IMG/VR virus record: IMGVR_UViG_3300032313_001465
Location: 84,582 to 148,581 of that record
Source: a virus
Direction: 5' to 3' (one strand)
Length of the DNA: 64,000 nt
In this document: positions 59,034-64,000 of the stretch, in pieces
Position numbering within the stretch: the stretch's first letter is position 1
How the letters are laid out: each line of letters starts with the position of its first letter
Translations under genes and position numbers: made by a program
Notes under the pieces: model-generated
The model's database searches: none
What the model was told of the DNA's origin: nothing
The model's input: the letters and a program-made list of their open reading frames with translations, nothing else

Positions 59034-61097
59034 ATGTCAACAGATATTAATTTTCTATTTTTTACAGATAACGTAAATAAATATCAAGTAAATCAGCATG
59101 ATCAAAAAACATATAAAAATGGAATATTTTATATTCGACTGGGGCACTTATTAGATTGGATACAAGATAATATAATTCCAACTATTAGAGATAAAAATGG
59201 ATCAACATCAAATGGGAAAGTTATAAAAATAAATACAGATACAAAAACGAATATTATTCATTTAGAACAAAGACAAATAATTACGGATCCTAGAATTTGT
59301 GTTTTTAAAACTACTATAGTTAACCCACTGTTTGGTTTAAATATTGATAGTTTTTTAAGTACTTCTCAAACCCCAATAAATCCACTAAACATTGCATCAA
59401 CCTTATCAACTACATACAATAATACTTTAATACAAGCTGCATCTAAACAAGAATTTTCGTCACCTATATGTTCTGACTTTGAAGAAGGAGAATTTTTAGA
59501 AAATAATAATCGTTATCTTTATTTAATGAATACCTACTTTAGTATGAGTTGGATTTTAAATAAAATGAATTCAATAGTAGATAGTGAAGGGAATATAATA
59601 TTACTTGATTTTTTACAATCATTGTGTGATGGATTTGCTGAGGCTACTTGCTATTATAATAAGTTAACTCCAACGATAAATGAAAATAATGAAATAATTT
59701 TTATAGATGAAATAGGCCTTCCTGATAGAGATAACATTTTAAAAAAACCAGATTTCGTTGATAAAGCAGTTCAAACCGTTGGAGATGGCCCAGAATTAGC
59801 TAAATTCAATATGTTTGGATATAAAGAAAGTGGAGGACAGGCTAGTTTTATTAGAGATTTCTCATTCAAAACAGAAATCCCAGCAAGTTTTGCAACTATG
59901 ATAACAGTAGGAGCCCAAGCTCGTGGGTTAGTTGTTGGAGAAGATGCTACATGTTTATCTAAAATGAATTATGGTTTAACAGATAGAATGAAGCCGGAAA
60001 TAATAGACGCAGACATAGACTTAACTGTTAGTGAAAATCAACAATTAATTAATAACTTCTTTGAAAAAACTTTTCCAATTATTTCTGTGGTTTTTGATTT
60101 TTTAAATAAAACATACAAACAAAGAGAATTAGACCCTGAACTAATAGATAGTATGAAGAATATAGGAAAAGATTTAGTAAAATTAAATGCAACCATATCT
60201 TCTATTAATCAAGCAATACAATTAGCCTTAGTAATGACAGCAGGTAAATCGCTCCCTAAATCATCCCCAGGAAGCGGTTTTATTCCATTTAACCTTCAAT
60301 TAACAATGGATGGACTCTCAGGATTTAAAATTTATCAAAAATACACCTCAGAACAAGAATTTCTTCCAACAAATTATCCTGAAAGTTTAGATTTTATTAT
60401 TAAAGGAATAACACATAACATAGAAAATAACCAATGGACTACGATAATAGAATCTTTTGGAATGCCTAGAAATCCTGAAGGAAGTGGGCATATTAAGGCA
60501 TCTGAAGCCGCAATTCAATTAGCTAAAAATATAGTTATCTTAGCCCCAGCAGCTGCTTCAAACCCAAATCTAACAGCATATGACTCAAATAATACTCCAC
60601 GATTAAGAAAAGCCGTTTTAGACCAGTCTTCATTTGTATATAATAAATTTGGTGAAAATACAGGAAATTGTGGAAAATATACATATAGTATAGCAAAATA
60701 TTTAAAAAAATACTTAGATAATAATAGTAATAAAGCAATCCCAGTAGATACCATTGGTGGAAGTGGTGGAAATACAAACCTAGATTCATTTCGAGCAGGA
60801 ATTATTGCTTTAGGCATTTATGATCAAGTTTATCTAGGAAGTTTCACAGCCTCTACTTTAAAAGCCGGATACTTTGGTACATTAAAATGGAATTATGGAG
60901 ATATATTAAATTATTATTCTCCTGGTAATTCACCTGGTCATAACATGCATGCTCAAATATATACTGGAGATATATGGTCCTCTACAAAATGGTCAACAGA
61001 TCGAAAAAATAACTATGGATCTAGTTTTATATACAAATCAGATAATAAAGTATTTAATGTATATGCGTTTAAAGTTAAAAAACAATATTTAGTATAA
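59034..61097 (+). CDS. Baseplate hub-like protein, C-terminal part, with a putative CHAP/NlpC-type peptidoglycan hydrolase
   Basis: IPFNLQLTMDGLSG...ITHNI...WTT; C-terminal GNCGKY...GDIL...HAQIY...W. Confidence 0.55.
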   Translation: MSTDINFLFFTDNVNKYQVNQHDQKTYKNGIFYIRLGHLLDWIQDNIIPTIRDKNGSTSNGKVIKINTDTKTNIIHLEQRQIITDPRICVFKTTIVNPLFGLNIDSFLSTSQTPINPLNIASTLSTTYNNTLIQAASKQEFSSPICSDFEEGEFLENNNRYLYLMNTYFSMSWILNKMNSIVDSEGNIILLDFLQSLCDGFAEATCYYNKLTPTINENNEIIFIDEIGLPDRDNILKKPDFVDKAVQTVGDGPELAKFNMFGYKESGGQASFIRDFSFKTEIPASFATMITVGAQARGLVVGEDATCLSKMNYGLTDRMKPEIIDADIDLTVSENQQLINNFFEKTFPIISVVFDFLNKTYKQRELDPELIDSMKNIGKDLVKLNATISSINQAIQLALVMTAGKSLPKSSPGSGFIPFNLQLTMDGLSGFKIYQKYTSEQEFLPTNYPESLDFIIKGITHNIENNQWTTIIESFGMPRNPEGSGHIKASEAAIQLAKNIVILAPAAASNPNLTAYDSNNTPRLRKAVLDQSSFVYNKFGENTGNCGKYTYSIAKYLKKYLDNNSNKAIPVDTIGGSGGNTNLDSFRAGIIALGIYDQVYLGSFTASTLKAGYFGTLKWNYGDILNYYSPGNSPGHNMHAQIYTGDIWSSTKWSTDRKNNYGSSFIYKSDNKVFNVYAFKVKKQYLV

Positions 61098-61098
61098 A

Positions 61099-61725
61099 AT
61101 GCCATATTATCCACTCTCTCAAATAAAAACCAATTTATATACTAATGGGCAAGAATTTACTTTTACCCCATATACTCCAAGTAATTCATATGTCGGATCG
61201 TATTGGAGTACATCTGATGGGAAATTTTTTACAGGTAAAACCCCCCAAGATCTTCCAAATAATGAGATATTTAAAATACCAAATGGTGATCCTACAATAC
61301 CTCAACCATTCTCACAAATTACTTTAGATATAATTTCATCAGTTGAAAGTCAACCTAGTCTTGAAACATATGTAGTGACTAAAAAAATAGATCCTAATTT
61401 TTCAATTTCCGTCCCTTCTCAAAACATAACACTTCCAACAACCCAAGACTATCAAGTAGGTGAATTTAGAAGATATTTTTGTAAAAAAACAAACGAGTTA
61501 ATATATATAGAAATTGATAAATCTACTTACGATAAATTAGTAAGTAAAAATCCACAAATTATATGGCAGTTATATACTCCCATTAATTTAGCATGGCAAA
61601 TATCGGGAAATAAAGAAAAAGTAGCTATAACTAATAAAAACATAGTATCATTAGCTATGCAGAGACAAAAATTATATCAATTTGATGAATATTTAAAATT
61701 TGATTATACAAAATATTTTCAATAA
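61099..61725 (+). CDS. Hypothetical tail-module protein
   Basis: LYTNGQEF, YVGSYW, DYQVGEFRRYF. Confidence 0.5.
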   Translation: MPYYPLSQIKTNLYTNGQEFTFTPYTPSNSYVGSYWSTSDGKFFTGKTPQDLPNNEIFKIPNGDPTIPQPFSQITLDIISSVESQPSLETYVVTKKIDPNFSISVPSQNITLPTTQDYQVGEFRRYFCKKTNELIYIEIDKSTYDKLVSKNPQIIWQLYTPINLAWQISGNKEKVAITNKNIVSLAMQRQKLYQFDEYLKFDYTKYFQ

Positions 61726-61726
61726 T

Positions 61727-61759
61727 TTGGTACTTTAACCCCCCTTTAATATATTTATA
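61727..61759 (+). promoter_or_regulatory. Overlapping TTG-N20-TATATT and ATATTTATA promoter motifs
   Basis: TTG at 61727, TATATT at 61750, ATATTTATA at 61751. Confidence 0.5.
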
Positions 61760-61776
61760 TAAAACAAACAAAAACA

Positions 61777-62205
61777 ATGAAAGTAACAGAATTTAGAAAA
61801 CTAATCCGAGAAGAAATAAGTAAGGTGTTGAAAGAAGAGAAACTTCCTGAAGACACAAAATACGATATTGATGATTTAATTGATAATGTTATTATAACCA
61901 CACTTATTGAAGATATGGGATTAACCCCTATAGGTCTGACTCAAGCTATTCATTATTTGATTCAAAAATTACAAATAAAGTATCAACAAATAAAAGGTGA
62001 AAATAGTTTAGCTGAAAATAGTATTAATACTTATTACAAAGACTTAATAATCCAACAAATTAATAAACGATTGTTTAAAATATTTGATAGAGGTGGAATG
62101 GTAGAATCTGAATACCAAGATCTTCAAAATTATCTTAAAATGTTAGATGATAAAAACAACAAACAATCAAAAACAAACAAAAACAATGAAAACAACAGAA
62201 TTTAG
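61777..62205 (+). CDS. Cassette gene with MKVTEFRKLIREE leader
   Basis: Shared leader. Confidence 0.6.
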   Translation: MKVTEFRKLIREEISKVLKEEKLPEDTKYDIDDLIDNVIITTLIEDMGLTPIGLTQAIHYLIQKLQIKYQQIKGENSLAENSINTYYKDLIIQQINKRLFKIFDRGGMVESEYQDLQNYLKMLDDKNNKQSKTNKNNENNRI

Positions 62206-62491
62206 AAAACTAATCCGAGAAGAAGTTCGTAAAGTAGTTAAAGAAAATGAATTTAATGATTTAAATTCAATAGTTCAAAAACTTAAACCAAGATGGGGTG
62301 ATGTATCTATAAAAGATAATAAAATACGGTTGAGAACTTATTATAAGAACGGTAATCTAAAAAATTGGTATACTATTGAAAAAATAGGTGATGATATGTA
62401 TCGTTTTGGTAGAGGAGGAAAACAATTAAGAGATTGGTCTTTAGATGATTTAATGTTTAATCTTGTATATAACAAAAATATTAGTTTATAA
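62186..62491 (+). CDS. Cassette gene with MKTTEFRKLIREE leader
   Basis: Start reassigned from 62147. Confidence 0.6.
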   Translation: MKTTEFRKLIREEVRKVVKENEFNDLNSIVQKLKPRWGDVSIKDNKIRLRTYYKNGNLKNWYTIEKIGDDMYRFGRGGKQLRDWSLDDLMFNLVYNKNISL

Positions 62492-62527
62492 AAACAACAA
62501 ACAATCAAAAACAAAAACAAAAACAAA

Positions 62528-62926
62528 ATGAAAAAACAAATACTAAGCGAACAATTTCGACGTATGCAAAAATTAGCAGGAATTATTAATGAAGGTCAAG
62601 AAAAATATCCAAAAGGTTTTACTCCATATACACCCACCAAAGAAGACGATGAAAATTATGATGGAAAAGTATTAGCTGCCTATACAGCACCTATGGATGG
62701 GTGGGATGAAAATAATTCGGATACTGTAGTAGTTATGAAAGATGAGGAGGGCTTTTGGGTAGATGGATATCTTAGCTTTGGTGATTTTGAAGACGAGGAA
62801 GGTACAGGACCATTCAAAACCCAAAAAGAAGCCGAAGATAAGGCTTATGAAATAATGGAAGACATTGTAGATAATTGGGAAGATGAGGATTATGATGATG
62901 AAGATGATGACGACGATGATTATTAA
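62528..62926 (+). CDS. Acidic cassette gene with QFRRMQKLAGIINE leader
   Basis: First 66 bp identical to 63493; poly-Asp tail. Confidence 0.65.
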   Translation: MKKQILSEQFRRMQKLAGIINEGQEKYPKGFTPYTPTKEDDENYDGKVLAAYTAPMDGWDENNSDTVVVMKDEEGFWVDGYLSFGDFEDEEGTGPFKTQKEAEDKAYEIMEDIVDNWEDEDYDDEDDDDDDY

Positions 62927-62970
62927 TTAAAAATAAACAATGAAAGCAACAGAATTTAGAAAACTAATCC
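62894..62970 (+). repeat. 77-bp direct repeat (second copy 63799-63875)
   Basis: Spans the poly-Asp tail, spacer and the next leader. Confidence 0.9.
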
Positions 62971-63461
62971 GTGAAGAAGTTAGAAAAATATTAACTGAAG
63001 CAAAATCCGAAAATTATCCTTTTATGTCAACTCCAGAGCAAGAAAAATTATATGATAGACTTGCTACAGACTTAGAAAAATTTATAAATAATATAGCTAC
63101 AAAATTAGAAATTAATCCTTCAAATATTAGAATGATATGTAGTGGATTAGGGGATAAAGGAGAATATAGAAATAAAGGATTAGTAGTTCAAATTAAAGCT
63201 AATGATAGTAAATGGAAAGGGATACATGGTAATAATCTTATTATACAAACTATAAATGACGAAGGTGTATTAATAGATACAAAAGAGGTTGAAATAAAAG
63301 GATCTAAAAATAAAGAATTAAGAGATATTTGGAATAAAGCAATAGATCTAGAAATGGACGATTATGTGTCACAGTTTAATACAAAATTAGCAAGTTCACT
63401 TACCCCAGAAGAAGCAAAATTAATACATCAATATACTCCAGTAATAATAACTGGTAAATAA
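62940..63461 (+). CDS. Cassette gene with MKATEFRKLIREE leader
   Basis: Shared leader. Confidence 0.6.
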   Translation: MKATEFRKLIREEVRKILTEAKSENYPFMSTPEQEKLYDRLATDLEKFINNIATKLEINPSNIRMICSGLGDKGEYRNKGLVVQIKANDSKWKGIHGNNLIIQTINDEGVLIDTKEVEIKGSKNKELRDIWNKAIDLEMDDYVSQFNTKLASSLTPEEAKLIHQYTPVIITGK

Positions 63462-63492
63462 TCAAAAACAATCAAAAACAATCAAAAACAAA

Positions 63493-63831
63493 ATGAAAAA
63501 ACAAATACTAAGCGAACAATTTCGACGTATGCAAAAATTAGCAGGAATTATTAATGAAAGCGAATTTAAAGTGGGGGATACAATAAAAATACCATTTACT
63601 TTATCTACAGGTGATGAAAGTGAAGGAGAAATTTTAGCAATTTCTACATATTTATCTAACAAAAAAGCAATTGATAAGGCTATTAGAGACAGTGGATGGG
63701 AAGGTGGAGAAAAAGAAGAATTAACTTGGTACAAAATAAAAACTCCAGATGGGATCGAATGGATAGATAGTGAGGAATTATCGGTAATGGGTGATGAAGA
63801 TGATGAAGATGATGACGACGATGATTATTAA
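63493..63831 (+). CDS. Acidic cassette gene with QFRRMQKLAGIINE leader
   Basis: Leader and tail identical to 62528; different middle (FKVGDTIK, SH3/KOW-like). Confidence 0.65.
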   Translation: MKKQILSEQFRRMQKLAGIINESEFKVGDTIKIPFTLSTGDESEGEILAISTYLSNKKAIDKAIRDSGWEGGEKEELTWYKIKTPDGIEWIDSEELSVMGDEDDEDDDDDDY

Positions 63832-63844
63832 TTAAAAATAAACA

Positions 63845-64000
63845 ATGAAAGCAACAGAATTTAGAAAACTAATCCAAGAAGAAGTTCGTAAAGTATTAAA
63901 CGAGGCTATGTCTTGGGACAAAAACACAATTAACAAATTTTTTGCATATTTGAAACGTCAGCACGGTATGAAAGCAGTCCCTGAATTTAAAACAGATACC
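63845..64000 (+). CDS. Cassette gene with MKATEFRKLIQEE leader, 3'-truncated
   Basis: Manual translation MKATEFRKLIQEEVRKVLNEAMSWDK..., open to the window end. Confidence 0.6.
   Translation, partial: MKATEFRKLIQEEVRKVLNEAMSWDKNTINKFFAYLKRQHGMKAVPEFKTDT

Noticed and set aside
4206-63734. Short minus-strand and nested ORFs in the track (e.g. 8718, 10219, 19614, 37691, 60515, 63462)
   Set aside because: They overlap well-supported + strand genes and lack upstream motifs or recognisable domains.
1-64000. Stop-codon reassignment (alternative genetic code)
   Set aside because: Core genes are full-length in the standard code; TAG (e.g. 38780, 9941) and TGA (51915) end genes at the expected positions.
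61777-64000. CRISPR array or integron
   Set aside because: The repeats are protein-coding leaders/tails of unequal length; no attC-like palindromes, integrase or cas genes are visible in the window.
1-64000. tRNA/rRNA genes and a diversity-generating retroelement
   Set aside because: No cloverleaf was seen in the few long intergenic regions, there is no reverse transcriptase, and repeat differences are not adenine-specific.

Overview
AT-rich, densely coding, almost entirely + strand segment of a large myovirus with T4-like morphogenesis genes. It contains terminase, portal, prohead protease, scaffold, major capsid, neck, sheath, tube, tail chaperone, tape measure and baseplate genes. It also carries primase, a PD-(D/E)xK exonuclease, PhoH, ferritin, an FAD oxidoreductase and six free-standing homing-endonuclease-like genes. 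The host is probably Bacteroidota, inferred from A-rich leaders without Shine-Dalgarno sites and TTG-N20-TAnnTT promoters. The most striking structure is a putative capsid-cargo addressing system. About 20 otherwise unrelated accessory proteins begin with one of three short leaders (MIKLxDxLxE, MKKxELRxxIKEE / MKxTEFRKLIREE, RMQKLAGIxNE) ending at [LIVM]-x-E, the T4 gp21-type protease site. The third leader copies the scaffold C-terminus (RFQKLAGII). Several cargo genes look like LxE-delimited polyproteins, and the window ends in a cassette array with identical leader/tail DNA around variable payloads. Also seen: an oriented ATATTTATA late-promoter-like motif before most structural and cargo genes, homing endonucleases whose last codons regenerate that motif, a +1/-2 frameshift in the tail chaperone, an unlisted Hc1-like histone gene and a candidate pseudoknotted RNA. 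All functional calls come from motif recognition only; no database searches were run.
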